Part shown: positions 41,254 to 56,155 of the stretch, piece by piece
Layout: the number at the start of each line of letters is the position of its first letter
How positions within the stretch are numbered: position 1 is the stretch's first letter
Assembly: GCA_943704425.1 (NCBI GenBank)
Contig: CALSCP010001507.1
Span: forward strand, 1-64,000
Direction of reading: 5' to 3'
DNA length: 64,000 nt
Source: Ministeria vibrans ATCC 50519
Taxonomy: Eukaryota; Protista; Filasterea
Translations under genes and position numbers: made by a program
Notes under the pieces: generated by a model
Told to the model about the DNA's origin: nothing
The model's database searches: none
What the model saw: the letters and a program-made list of their open reading frames with translations, nothing else

Positions 41254-42716
41254 ATGATCCGGCTTGTTATCGCCGCCTCACTGGCACTGCTTAGCCTGGC
41301 ACAGAACATCGACATGTAAGCGCGCTCGTCCTCGCGGCGCACCGGCGCCTCTAATGATTCTTCTGTAGAAAGCAAGATGACAACAACCTCGTCTTCACGC
41401 CCGCCGGCGCAGGCACCGTCGACGCGAAGGGTCCCCTCTACCTCGATGGCGAGGCTGTGGATAGCACGCTCGCCCTTCGAGAAGCGAGCGTGTCGAATTT
41501 GACCAACTCGCGTCTTGTCAACAGCGCATTGCTGGACCGTCTCTCCGCAGCCCTTGACGCTGTCGAGCCCGCTGCTGCCCCGGTCTACGCTCCCGCTGCA
41601 TGCCCCCATTGCAGCTCGTTTGCCTCGTGCGCGGGCAGCGGCGCCTGCCAGTGTCGCGCGGGGTTTCGCGGCTCAGGACGCGTCTGTCGTCCAATCGACC
41701 TTTGCGCCGACGGCACTCACCACTGCGTCGCCGGCGTGTCCACTTGCCGCTACATGGGACCCGGCGAGTTTCGCTGCGACTGCAACCTTCCCTACTACCA
41801 CGCGGCGAACGGGACGTGCACGCAAGTCCGTCTTCAAACTCAACTTCCCGCCTCTCTTTCCCCAGCGGCCGCCACCAACTCCCTAGTCTCCCTGCTGGCC
41901 AACAACGTCGATCCCGGCAACCAGTTTGGCCGTAGCATGGCGGTATGTATCGCAAGCACACAGCAACTCACTTTCTTATGCTTTTGTTTCCTTCTCTACA
42001 GAATCTAGGAGACGTTGACGGTGATGGCGTCGACGATTTGGCAGTGGGCTCGTCGGAAGCGCAAGCAGGTCAGCAAGACGAATCATTGCCTTTGAACGGT
42101 TTAGTCTCATCCTCTTTGTAGTGTGGATTGTGTTTATGCACCCAAACAGCACGCGAAAGTTTGACGCGCGCGTGTCACAGACCGCCGCTGGAGCGAGCGG
42201 ACTCTCGGTTGCGTTTGGGGCAAGCGTGGCAGCTCTGGGCGACTGGAACAAAGACGGTGTTCCGGATATGGCGGTGGGTGCGCCGAGCACAGATGGCTCA
42301 AGCGACGGGCGTGTAGTGCTGATCTTCCTGCTCCCCGATGGTGGTGTGCTCGAAACACACTCGCTCAATGTGACCAGCATCAACCCGGCGTATGCGTCAC
42401 TGTGGGGCTCCAGCATTGCTCTCATTGGCGACCTCACCGGTGATGGACTTCCTGAGCTGTGCATTGGTGCACCAGGCGCCTCAAGCAACCGCGGAATCCT
42501 ATCGGTACTCTCCGTCTCGCGCACCGGCACTCTTCTTGCCATTGTCGGCTATCCCGTGCTCACCGGTCTTTCCGCTGGCGACCACCTTGGCTGGGCCGTT
42601 GCCCACGCAGGCGACGTCAACTCCGATGGTATTCCCGATCTTTTTATCACTGCCCCCGGTCGCAACGGCTGTAAGACAACACAGAATTAATAATAATAAT
42701 TATTTTTATTATTATA

Positions 42717-42776
<60 letters not shown>

Positions 42777-44307
42777 GTTATTATTATTATTATTATTTTT
42801 ATTAATTATTCTTCTTTTAATTATTTACACTTTTGTATAGATGGCGCTGCGTATCTTTGTCTGATGGACCGCAACGCATTTCTCTTTTCCGCTTTCAAGT
42901 ATTCAGCCACTGAAGTCGGTCTCTCCAATCCAACTGCTCGTTTTGGTCAATCTCTGATCGTCACAGGTATCGTATACATTATCTCTCCCATTCCCTTTTT
43001 ATATTTTTATAATGATTCGATTAGACATCAACTCGGACGGGATCAACGACATTGTTGTGGGTGCGCCGGGAGAGGAGCTGGTGTATGCGATAACGCTGAC
43101 GGCCGACCATCGCGTGGACAGTTACTCGAGTGTGTCGAGTGCGCTGGAAGATGCACTTTTTGGGTCATCGCTGGCAATGGTCCAGCATAATACGCAGCTT
43201 GCAGTGGGAATGCCCTATCTCAATGCGTCGGGTGTGCACACGGGTGGTGTTGAAGTGCTTGGTCTGACGCCTACAGGTGATGCGGACGTGGTGCGCATTG
43301 TCGGCGCTAGTTCTTATCCCTTTGAGGCGGATGGGAAAATGGGCACTGCCATGACGAGTGTAGGGGATGCTGATGGCAATGGCGTCAACGATGTGGTGGT
43401 GCTCCATGGCAGTGGTAGCACCGTCAAGGTGTCGCTGTTGTCAATGCTGCGTGACGGCCAAATTGGAGCGGGCCGCGTTCTCACCGAATCCATTGTGGCC
43501 CTCTCGTCGCTGTGTACCCTCGGTGACCACACATTTGACATTGTCGTGGGCGCACCCGCTTCGCGCACTGGCGGCAGCGTCTACACGATGACTGTGCCGC
43601 TCGACGCCTCGGCGAGCTCACTGACGCTGCTCATGTCGGCCGAGTCGCTCATTGAGACAGGCGACGAGTTTGGCGCGGCCGTCGCGTCACTGGGTGATGT
43701 GGATGGCGACGGCAAGGCGGATCTGGTCGTGGGCATGCCTGGCCGTGATGCTCAGAGAGGCACCGCTGCCATTATCTTCTCGAGTGGACCGGCCAAGCTT
43801 CTTGTTGGTCGTTCCGGGACCACTGCCGAATTTTTTGTTGCTCAAGGAGATCGATTGGGCCTGGCGCTGGCCGGCCTTGGCGATATTAATGGCGACGGAG
43901 TGCCCGACCTGGCTATTGCAAGCAAACATCGCTTGTTTGTCGTGTTTTTCTCGACCAGCGGCATTGCTCTTGCCGAGCACATCATCACACCCCTTGAGCT
44001 GAGCGACTCAGCGTATCTTACCATTGCCCCTCATCTGTCGCTGGCGGGTCTTGGCGACGTTGACGGCAATGGTGTGCCCGACATGGCTCTCGCCGTGCCC
44101 GCCACCAACACCGTCATGGTTCTTTCGCTCAGCCGCAGTGGCGCCGTCAACGCACGAGTCTCAGCAGTGCTTACCAACTCGCTCTATGGCGACTCGGTCG
44201 GCGCTTCCTTGGCTCGCCAGTCCGTCGACGATGCCACCTCTGCCTTCTATGCCGGCACTCCTCTTGCTGCCTCTGGCCAGGGCGGTTTTCTTCTTTTCAA
44301 AATGTAA
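41254..44307 (+). CDS. Secreted EGF + multiple FG-GAP (integrin-alpha-type beta-propeller) repeat protein, no TM
   Basis: Signal peptide; two EGF-like units; about 9 FG..VA..GD.[N/D]GDG..D..VGAP repeats; ends FLLFKM* without a TM or GFFKR motif. Confidence 0.85.
42688..42800. repeat. (TAT)n microsatellite in an intron
   Basis: Directly visible. Confidence 0.9.
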
Positions 44308-45247
44308 TTAGTATTTCCCTCGCGTTTGACGTCACAAATAAAATTATTACTCTTTTTTGTGGAGTGTATGTTCCTTCTGCTTAAATTTACTTTCAGGTGA
44401 CTTTCATTGATATCTTTGAGTGTCTGTGTACGTACGACAGACGCGTGACAAGCGATAAAGCAGACGTCTGCGTCAGGTTTTCTTAAACATTTGTACTTGT
44501 ACGGCTTATTTTACGTCATCAAAATAGTATAGTAATTATTTCGCATTATGAAATATATAATCATAATTATTTGTCAAGCATATTATATACTGCGAAAATA
44601 ATATATTAATATCATTTCAAACACGCACTAAAGTTAGTATGTAATGCAAAATGCAAATATTAATTAAACACAGCTTAATCTGTAATTTCCAAATTTGCCA
44701 AACAGTGGCTCGAGGGGTCTGCAAAAGAGGCTGAAAAAGACGGCAAAAAAGGCTGTGAAGGACGCGCTCAAGAGTTGTACGAGAACCATGTCAAGAAGAA
44801 TGGGAGGGCGGGTAATGATGCTCCGACCAACGACAATTACTGAGAGAGAGTGAGGTTGTGTGTGAGTGTAAAAAGAGAGAGTACCAGTATGCGTCATGGC
44901 ACTTCATGACGCCCCTCTACGGTGGAATTGGTTTCCGGAGGANNNNCAACGACAATTACTGAGAGAGAGTGAGGTTGTGTGTGAGTGTAAAAAGAGAGAG
45001 TACCAGTATGCGTCATGGCACTTCATGACGCCCCTCTACGGTGGAATTGGTTTCCGGAGACATGAAGAGGAATGATGTTTGTGTTTTTTCTTTCCAAAGA
45101 GTGTTTTCAGAGAGTAGAACTCCTGCTCACAGGGCTTCAAAAAAAATATAACTCTTGCTCAACAACTTGTGGATTGAGAGGGATGGGTGCCTTGGGTCTT
45201 CTCAGTCAGCAATGCTGCTAGTGATAGGCAGTGTTTTTTTTTTTGAA

Positions 45248-45785
45248 TTTTTTTTTTGGAAGTCCCTAGGGCAAAAGCTTCATTGTACAAGACAATCTAT
45301 TGAAAATCCTAGGACAGATAGTCAAGACTGAGAGTCTTATGTTGGCTTGTATATACGAAAGTCACCTGAAAGATCAATCAAAAAGCCAAATAGTGGCTTA
45401 AGTAGTTGATTCACAAGACTTGTGTTGGTGCATAGCGTGTGTTAGTCTTTGTGACTTTATTTGTGTGTACGGTCGTTTTTTGAAAGACATTAATCAAGAC
45501 AATCTTCTGACACCGCTCCACCCCCGCATGAAAAGTTTAATTAGAAAAACCTCCCGCATGAACATTGTTTGTACAATGAAGCTTTTGCCCTAGAACTTCC
45601 ATAAAAAAAAAAGAACATTGTGTGTACGGTGTCCTTTTAAATATATATGAAGAGCAACTTCGTGTAGAGAATGCGCGAGCAACACCAAGTCGGCAAGACA
45701 ACTTGGCGCGTTCTTTTAAATAAGAGTGAGGAGATAAAAAAAAAGTCTTATGTTGGCTTGTATCAATGAAAATCACCTGAAAGTT
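45248..45785. repeat. Non-coding inverted/direct repeat cluster (MITE/foldback-like)
   Basis: Perfect 25-bp inverted repeat at 45266-45290 / 45569-45593, extendable with mismatches to flanking T/A runs; direct repeats AGTCTTATGTTGGCTTGTAT at about 45333 and 45745. Confidence 0.6.
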
Positions 45786-45821
45786 TAATTAAAATGTGCA
45801 TTGTGTATTGGGAATGGAAGA

Positions 45822-47702
45822 TTATTCCTTGGGGCCATTGTCCGAGATGTAGCGGAGGAGATCAATGCGGGTGACGATGCCAAAGACAACAGTCTTACTA
45901 GTGCTGCCGCCCTCGGTGTCAATGGAGCGCTGAGAATGCACGACGACAGCAAAATGGTGCTTGTCAAGGAGCGCAGACAGATGCGACAGTGTTGTCGAAA
46001 TGCCAACCTGAACGGGGAACAAAAGTCAGAAAGAGAGAGAAAGAGAGAGAGAAAAGAAACAAAGTGATATATATATAGAGAGAGAGAAGGAACAAAGTGA
46101 TAGAGAGAGAAAGAAATGATAGAGAGAGAGAGAAAGAGAGACAAAACAAAGTGTTAGAGAGAGAGAAAGAAACAAAATGATAGAGAGAGAGAGAAAGACA
46201 GAGAAAGAAACAAAATGACAGAGAAAAAAAAATAGAGAAAGCACAAAAAAGCCCAGAGAGAAGTGCGTGAGTGTGAAAGAGACAAACCTGCTTGAATTCG
46301 GTGTAGACGGCCTTTGAGATGGGATCGGACGGCTGAATGCTTTTGGCAATCATCTTCTGCATGAGAGAACCCTAAAAAACAAACAAACACCGCACAGTCA
46401 CCACACTGTAACACACACACGAGAGAGAGAGAGAGGGAGAGAGAGAAAGACCGCGATACCTCTGTGACCATTCCCTTGATGAGACCATCCTGGTCCACAA
46501 TGGGAACCTGGTCAAAGCCCTCTCGGCCCATAATCTCAATGGCTCGGCTGCACTGCACTTCCGGAAGGAACGTCAGGGGAGTGTTGAGCTTGAGGTTGGA
46601 CACTGTGTGCGACGACCACCAAGTTTTCTATTATCAAAGTCACAAGGGCATGGGTGAGTCCACACACACACAGACAAACACACGCACTAAATACAGTGGG
46701 TACTTACGGACTCGAGCGCAGGCTCTTCGGACGCAATGAAGCCCTTGGCGGCCATCCAGTCGTCACTGAGAAACTTGGTCATGTAGTTGCGAACTGAGTC
46801 GGCGAGAATGACCACGCAATTCTGGCCCTCCTTGAGGTCCTTGGCAGCCTCGAGGGCCAGGTACATGCTGGCACCCGACGACCCGCCGCACAGGAGGCCC
46901 TCCTCACGAATGAGGCGGCGCGCCATGGTGAACGACTCGGGGTCCGACGACTTGTACCACTTGTCAACATACTTGCGGTTGAGCACCGTGGGAATAAAGT
47001 CGTAGCCGGTACCCTCAACCTCGTAGCTCACCGGCTTGTCGTTGAGCGACGCCGGCTGCGCCAGAATGGATCCGTGGGGGTCGACGCCCACGACGACACA
47101 CGCAGGGTTTGCCTCCTTGACGCGCATCGCAATGCCCGTAATGGTGCCTCCCGTGCCCGCTCCCGCAACAACCATATCCACCTTGTTGTCGAGCGAATCG
47201 AGAATCTCCGCTGCCGTGCCGTCGTAGTGAGCAATCGGGTTGTAGGGATTGGTGTACTGATCGAGAATGTGCGATCGTGGAATCTCCGCGTTCAGACGGT
47301 TTGCCACGCTAATGTGCGACTCGGGCGCATCCCACGCAGCGCTCGTGGGCGTGCGCACAATCTCAGCACCAAGTGCGCGCAGCACATTGACCTGTGTGAC
47401 AGATTATGATTATCACATCACATACACACACACACACATCTATATAGAGATACATTACCTTCTCCTGACTCATCTTCTCGGGCATGACGATGATGCAGCG
47501 GTAGCCACGGACGGCAGCAGCAAGGGCCAGGCCAATGCCGGTGTTTCCCGACGTCGGCTCAATGAGCGTGTCGCCCGGCTGCAGACGGCCCGCCCGCTCT
47601 GCCTCCAGGACCATGCGGTAGCCAATGCGGTCCTTGACACTTCCGCCTGCGTTGAAAAACTCACACTTGGCATCTGCGCGCCAAACACGAGTGTCGCGTG
47701 TT

Positions 47703-47733
<31 letters not shown>

Positions 47734-47778
47734 CAGACAGACAGAGGCACACATACACACAAACAGTCGTGACGAGAG

Positions 47779-47812
<34 letters not shown>

Positions 47813-48136
47813 GTCATTGACAAATATTTTTGCTCTCTCGATCAATAAGCAAAGAATTAGAGTGCGCAGAACGGGTAGGAGACAAGCGGCAGTGCCATGC
47901 AGGGGGCAGGCAGGACGTGCACAAGGGCAGGGGTTGCGGGAAGAGCGACTGAGACGCAAACGAAGATAACATTTTTTTTTGTGTTCGATGTCGGTACATA
48001 AATTGCACTTGAGGCCGGCAGACGCAGCAATGCGGTTGATTTTGATCAGAGGGGTGTTGCCGATGTTCTCGAGGACCGACGAGAGGAGCTTGGGGCGCGG
48101 TTTGCTGCGATGGGAGAGAGAGACAGAGAGAGAGGG

Positions 48137-48174
<38 letters not shown>

Positions 48175-48305
48175 GAGTGGAGCGACGGAGCGCACGAGAC
48201 ATCGAATCGGAGGCGGTACAGGTCGAGGTGGACATGCGGGGAGCCCGTGGAGGCGCCGTCGTAGGCACACGTCCAGGGCTTGTCGGGGCGAGGATTGGAG
48301 GCCAT
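45822..48305 (-). CDS. CBS: Cystathionine beta-synthase with N-terminal heme-ligand motif and C-terminal CBS domains
   Basis: [94 protein letters not shown]. Confidence 0.95.
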
Positions 48306-48807
48306 TGTGCTTGTCTGTGTTTGGGTGTGGAGGGTTGAGTTACAAAAAAGTGAGAATTTAGAAAACTATAAGATCCGTTGGATCAGAAGAGACGGAAGAA
48401 GATCAGAATCAATTGGACAGAATAAAAAGAGAAGACGAGAATATTGTCTACAACTTCATTACATTACAAGCATACTCACATAATATACACAGGTCACTAA
48501 TAGTGTCTCAAAGGAAAGTTTACAAGACGGGAAAGAGATTTGTATACGAATCGTCGCCTAAAGAGAAGCACACACCCCAATGAGACAAAGTTTCTTCTTC
48601 CCGTGTGTGTGTCGTCACCTTCACAGTCATCAACAGCAAGAGGAAGGATGGGCGGGGGTGGAGTCACTGTAAAAAGATACCCTAAGAAGCGTAGGTGAGA
48701 GAGAGACGGAGGGAGCGACAAACGACAAAGAGGAGGAGTACCGTCGGTGTTGGGAACGCGACAGCGGAAGAGGGAAACAAGGAGAGAGAAAGGCACAAGA
48801 AGAGCCA

Positions 48808-51115
48808 TCAAAATGGTGTACAGGGAAACCTAAGTGTGTGTGTGTGTGTGAGTGGAGAACGTGTAGGGAAAAGGAGTTGTACCCGGAGATCGGCACAGGA
48901 AGGGATGTGGAGGTGGGAGTCGAGGCGGCGGGCGACCCGGGCCCGGAGAGAGAGAGAGTGAGGGGAAGGAGCGGGTGATGGGGGCATGGGGATGTCAATG
49001 TCATTAGAGGGGGGGTAATAAACGGCGGGGGGCTGTGAGGCGGTGGTGGTGGGGGGGTGGAGAAAGTGGGTGGAAGTAGAAGATTTGAGAACATGTGTGG
49101 AGCAGGAAGAGGTGTCGGTGGGTGAAGCGGAAGAGGGCGGACGCACGAGAAGCTCGTCAATGTCGGATTCCTCGCAGGACAAGAACAATGGGACGTTGTT
49201 GTTGGTGGTGGTGGCGGTGGTGTTGTTATTGCGGAGAATGGAGCGGAAGGGCTCGCCGGCGGATGTTGAGGCGCACACGCCGGCCGCGTGATCGTACTCG
49301 TGCTCAGTGCCCTGGCCCCAACTCACGGACCGATGACTTCTGGAGGGCACGTCGACTGCGGCATGGTGGCTCGGAGAGCATGATGGTGATGGTGGTTGGG
49401 GTGCGCTGTGATCCGTGGTGTCCCCTTCGAAGGCATGCACGACGACGGTGACGCTGGCGACAAGCATGCCGGCGAGGGTGCGTCGACTGCTGGACGTCGA
49501 GCCCAGGTGCGCGCGCAGGGCCCACAGGTGAGCGGCGGAGCCCTCAAAGGTGAGCTCAACGTCGTCGGAATTGACGACACAGCTGCCCGTGTGACGCAGG
49601 AAGACACCGGCATCGAGCTCACTGCGCTGCCTGGGTCCATGGCCTTCAAATACATCCCAGCACAAGCAGTCCAGCGACTGGAGCACACTCGCAAGAGACA
49701 CATCGCCGCGTCCAGTGGTCGGGCGGGTGAGACGCACGGCAAACGCCACACGCTTCCACGGGAATAGCGCCACTTGGGTCTCGCTAGTAAGCAGCGGGGC
49801 AATGGCACAGCAACCGGCCGCGACCATGTCGGTACGGCGACTGACGGTGTCATGGCCAACGCACGGGACGCACACGCAGAGGGGGAGAAGGGTACAGCAC
49901 TCGCAGGCACGTTGGCGGACGACGTGCTTGTGGGCGAGAAAGGCAAAAAGGGCGCATGCAGAGTGGCACACGACGGTGTCGTGAAGAGCCGGAATGGCAA
50001 TGGGAAGGACACGTTCGGAGGGGACGACAGGGTGACAGTGGACAACAGCAGAAGGCATGTGAGGGGTTTGAAGGTGGGGGAGGGGGACGGAGTGCTCGAG
50101 AAGAATATCGCGCATCGACGGTCGAAGGGGCGGAGGCATGTGCAACGGAGCGTCGAGAAATGGAGAGGGGATGAGAATCACGGGGGGCGCGTCGTTGTCG
50201 GGGGAGAGCGGTGCGGGAGCCGGTAGGGGCACAAAGGCGACAATGGCATTGGGGGCATACTCGCGCGTGACGGCACGCACGGCATGGGCGTAGTAGTCGC
50301 TGTCGGGGCTGCTGGAGGAAGCCATAGAGCACTGGGCAAGCAGCACAAACAGACGAAAGGAGGACGTGTGGAAGAGACTCAAGTCGACTGTGCTGTCGTG
50401 CGCAAGGACCATCTGCCACGATTGAAGCGGACTCGGCTCGAGCTGCAGCGCTCGCTTCAGTGCCCGTCGCTGGTTCTTGTTCTTGTCCGGGACTACCACC
50501 GCCACAAAGCGACTCTGTTCGGCCTCTAGAACCACGCGGGGTATTTGTCTTGCCGCTGTGTCGGCCGCAGACTCACCAAAAATGAAGTCTCCACTGTTCC
50601 TCTGGTTGCTGTTGTTGGGTCGCCAATCGAGTCGTGAGAGAGTCAGCGACGACGTCAATTGGTTGGTCTCGGCCAACAGGGAGGCACAGCCGGCCCATGA
50701 CCCAGCAGGAGACGACGAAGAGGGATTGAGAAAGACAGTGCTGATGGCATGCTGGACGGGGAGCACAGAGGCAGACGAGGTAGGTGAGAGTACAGTGGTG
50801 GTCGTGAGGAGCTGCAGGCTGGGAGACGCAGTGGCTGCACACATGCTTGTGGTTGAAGTTGTTGTTGTTGTTGTCGTGGTGGTGGTGGTGATGGAGGCGG
50901 TTACGGGGGTAGGAAATGGTTCGGAGGCAAATGGATCGACAGCAACGAGGACCTGATCCCAGTAGGGCTCGATGTCGCTCCTGAGCGTGTCGAGTGTTAG
51001 GGTTTCCTTGAGCCCACCGTTGTCGGAGTCATCGACGAGGGTGTCGCCAAGAACAACGGCCCCATCAAATACGCGTGCCGCAATGTAAAGAAGGAGCTGG
51101 GTGTTGACGCTGGGA

Positions 51116-51158
<43 letters not shown>

Positions 51159-51594
51159 ACCGACATGAGCCGAAGTGCCCCGCTTGGCGTGCCTGCTTGA
51201 GAGCCGCGCGAACTTCGCTGAGGCCCACTCGCGCCGAGTCGTCCCAGACGAGCTGACCGGCGGCCGCAAAGGCCTTGGCGACAATCTGCTGTCTTTGGTG
51301 GCGCGGTAACCCCGGGAGCGCGTCGTCCAGTGGCGGTGCAAGGATGAAGTCAAGATCAGCAAGGGTGAAGTCGGCGAGGACCAGGACGCCAAAGCCGGCG
51401 TTGCACAGATCCACCGCGAGGTCACGCGTCGCCAAGGGCACGTCGTCTAGACTCCCAAGCGTCTCCAGCGAGTCGTACTCGTGCCGTGCGACGATGGCGG
51501 CGACACGACGCCCAAAGGTGTCTGTTCCGGAAAAAAAAAAATAGTGTGTCATCACTTGAGCCCACCACGAAAATAGGAGGAGAAAACAACACAC
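48808..51594 (-). CDS. Large hypothetical protein, Ser/Pro/Thr-rich (exact ends uncertain)
   Basis: About 900-codon open frame in GC-rich sequence; no motif recognised. Confidence 0.55.
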
Positions 51595-52148
51595 GACGGC
51601 GCAACCATGGCAATGCCACTGCGGAGGGGTTGGGCCTACAGAGGAGCAGGCCGGTCGCAGCAGGCGCGAGAACAGTTCGGAGCTTACATTCGACAGTCAT
51701 GCAGCCGAGACGCGTAGCAGACGCACTGCGCGGGTCGCACCAGTGGGAGCGGGGTGTGGACTCACAAGGAGCGCGGGTGGAAAGGAGCCAAAAGGGTGAT
51801 CAGTGATATATTCGCTGTTTAATTGCAGTCATGCACTTTTTTAGTTAATTTTTTTCAAACTCAGTTCAGTGAAGTGAACGGTAGAGAGACGCCAGTTGGT
51901 GAATTTACCTCTTGACGAATGACGAATGATCGTCTGCAAATGGCAAGATTCGTCAGTCTGTCTTCGAGCGGGTCTGATTTGTCTCTGATTTGCCTCTGAT
52001 TTAACTTTCATCCGATGAATAATTGTACTCGTGTATACTTCCGACTGATCACTGAAGTGACTGACCTGACTCCTCAGTCCTCAGTCCTCAATAACTCCTC
52101 ATTCTTTTTCAACTTTACTCTCAGCACATTTTCCCATACACTCTCGGG

Positions 52149-54397
<2,249 letters not shown>

Positions 54398-54656
54398 TGC
54401 CAATGAAGCAACACTACAATTTTATATAGAACAAAGTCGTCGTTACTTTGTTTTTGTTTTTACCTTTCATTTCGACCGATACCGCGAGAACGCCACCAAC
54501 ATACCACTGCGTTAGATACTCGGGTCCTCACATCGACGTTCTAACCGCCTGCTCAATTTCACCAATGAACTTTGACCACTTTGAACTTAATATAATACAC
54601 ATAAAATATGCGCAGTGCATTATTCAGTTTTAAATCTAGTCACTCTTTTTTTCCTT

Positions 54657-56054
54657 ATGGACACCCATGATGAAGCAGCGCCGCCGAAGAAGAGCACGAT
54701 CAGCGTGGCGGGTCTTGTAATGATCGCCACATGCGTCGTCCTTGTGGTCGTCTCCTCCTTCTTCCGCGGCGTCTTCTTTGAGCACGGCCCAGGCGAAGAG
54801 GTACGCACTGCCACTGCGCTCTCCCTGCCTCCACACGCCTCACCGCCGTCACGCAGGCCCCCATTCCCCCCTATCTCTTCACCTATGTCAATACGTCGGG
54901 TCTGGCAGTGTATTTATGTGTCGTGCTTTGTCGGGGCGATCAAACCAAAGAGGTACGCACAGCGCACAAACGACTCTCTGCCACGCTCGCCCGTCTCAAC
55001 GCCGTAGAAAGCACCCAAAAGCATCGCAGAGCTCATGCGGATTGGTGTGATCACGTGTCCGTGGTACTTCCTGATGGCTGCGACGTACAACTTCTCTCTG
55101 GAGTACACCAGTGTCTCTGATGCAGTCACAGTACGTGTCCGTCAATGCACTGCCATTGAACTGATTGTCTTGCCTCGCTTGCCCAAATAGGGCTCCATGA
55201 CTACGCCCGTGTGGACGTACGTCTTGTGCGTCGGGATATTTCGTAGGTACGTGGACGCTTTTCCGATTGAGAAAGTCTGTTCTCACACGATCACACCGTC
55301 GTATACCCCCTTTGCGTCACACCCCATGGCAGTGAGACATTCTCTTGGCGCAAAACCGCGTCGGTCATTGTGTGTCTACTGGGCGTCCTCATCGTGGCTA
55401 TTAGTGACAGCCAGGCAGCATCAGTGGAAGCGGCGGCAACCGTACGGAACAGCACGCTCGTGAGCAGTGTGATGGCGAGCGAAGAGGAGAGTGCCAGTTC
55501 GGTGTTGATGGGCGACGCCCTGGCCATTGCCAGTGCTATGTGCATGGCCACGTACACTGTCATCTCCAGTCGTGCCATCCCCGACGCATCGCCGCGACAG
55601 ACCGCTGTCATTCTGGGCTTCTTGGGCGTCACTGCCCTTGTCATCGGCTTCTTTGGTTTGGGCGTGTGCCACATGAGCGGAATTGAACCTTTACGGATCC
55701 CTCCAAAGAGACTCTTTATCTTTGTGCTTGTTCATGCGGGTATGCAAAAACCAAAAGAAACCCCGAGAAACAAAAACAACAAACCCGAAAACACCAATTT
55801 TTTTCTCACTGACTGGCCAACTGACTGTGTCTGTGTGTTGCTTAGCAACGTACACTCCATCCTTTGTGTTCCTCGTGACGTTTGCGAGCTCCCTAACATC
55901 GCCGCTAGTCGTCAACGCAGGGCTCGTCATGACCATCCCCGTCTCTGTCATTGTGGACTCCTCCCTGCACCACGCACTCCCCGAGCCAGGCGCACTCCTA
56001 GGAAATGCCCTCTGCGTTGTCGGCTTCATCACCCTCTTGCGTGCCTCAGCATAA
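54657..56054 (+). CDS. DMT/EamA superfamily transporter, SLC35F5/THI74-like
   Basis: FFTYVNTS..AVYL, SLEYTSVS, GDALAIASAMCMATYTV, TSPLVVNAGLVMTIPVSVIVD; about 10 hydrophobic segments. Confidence 0.8.
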
Positions 56055-56155
56055 CAACCACTTCAATTGATTGTACATACCACTCACACACACACACACA
56101 CACACACATACAGACACAAAGACAGACAGACATACAGACAGACAGTTCGTTCAGA

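Noticed and set aside
41254-44307. Call as a bona fide integrin alpha
   Set aside because: No leg domains, TM helix or GFFKR motif; EGFs precede the FG-GAP repeats.
44828-45060. About 115-bp exact direct repeat flanking NNNN
   Set aside because: The copies abut an assembly gap, which is typical of an unmerged contig overlap.
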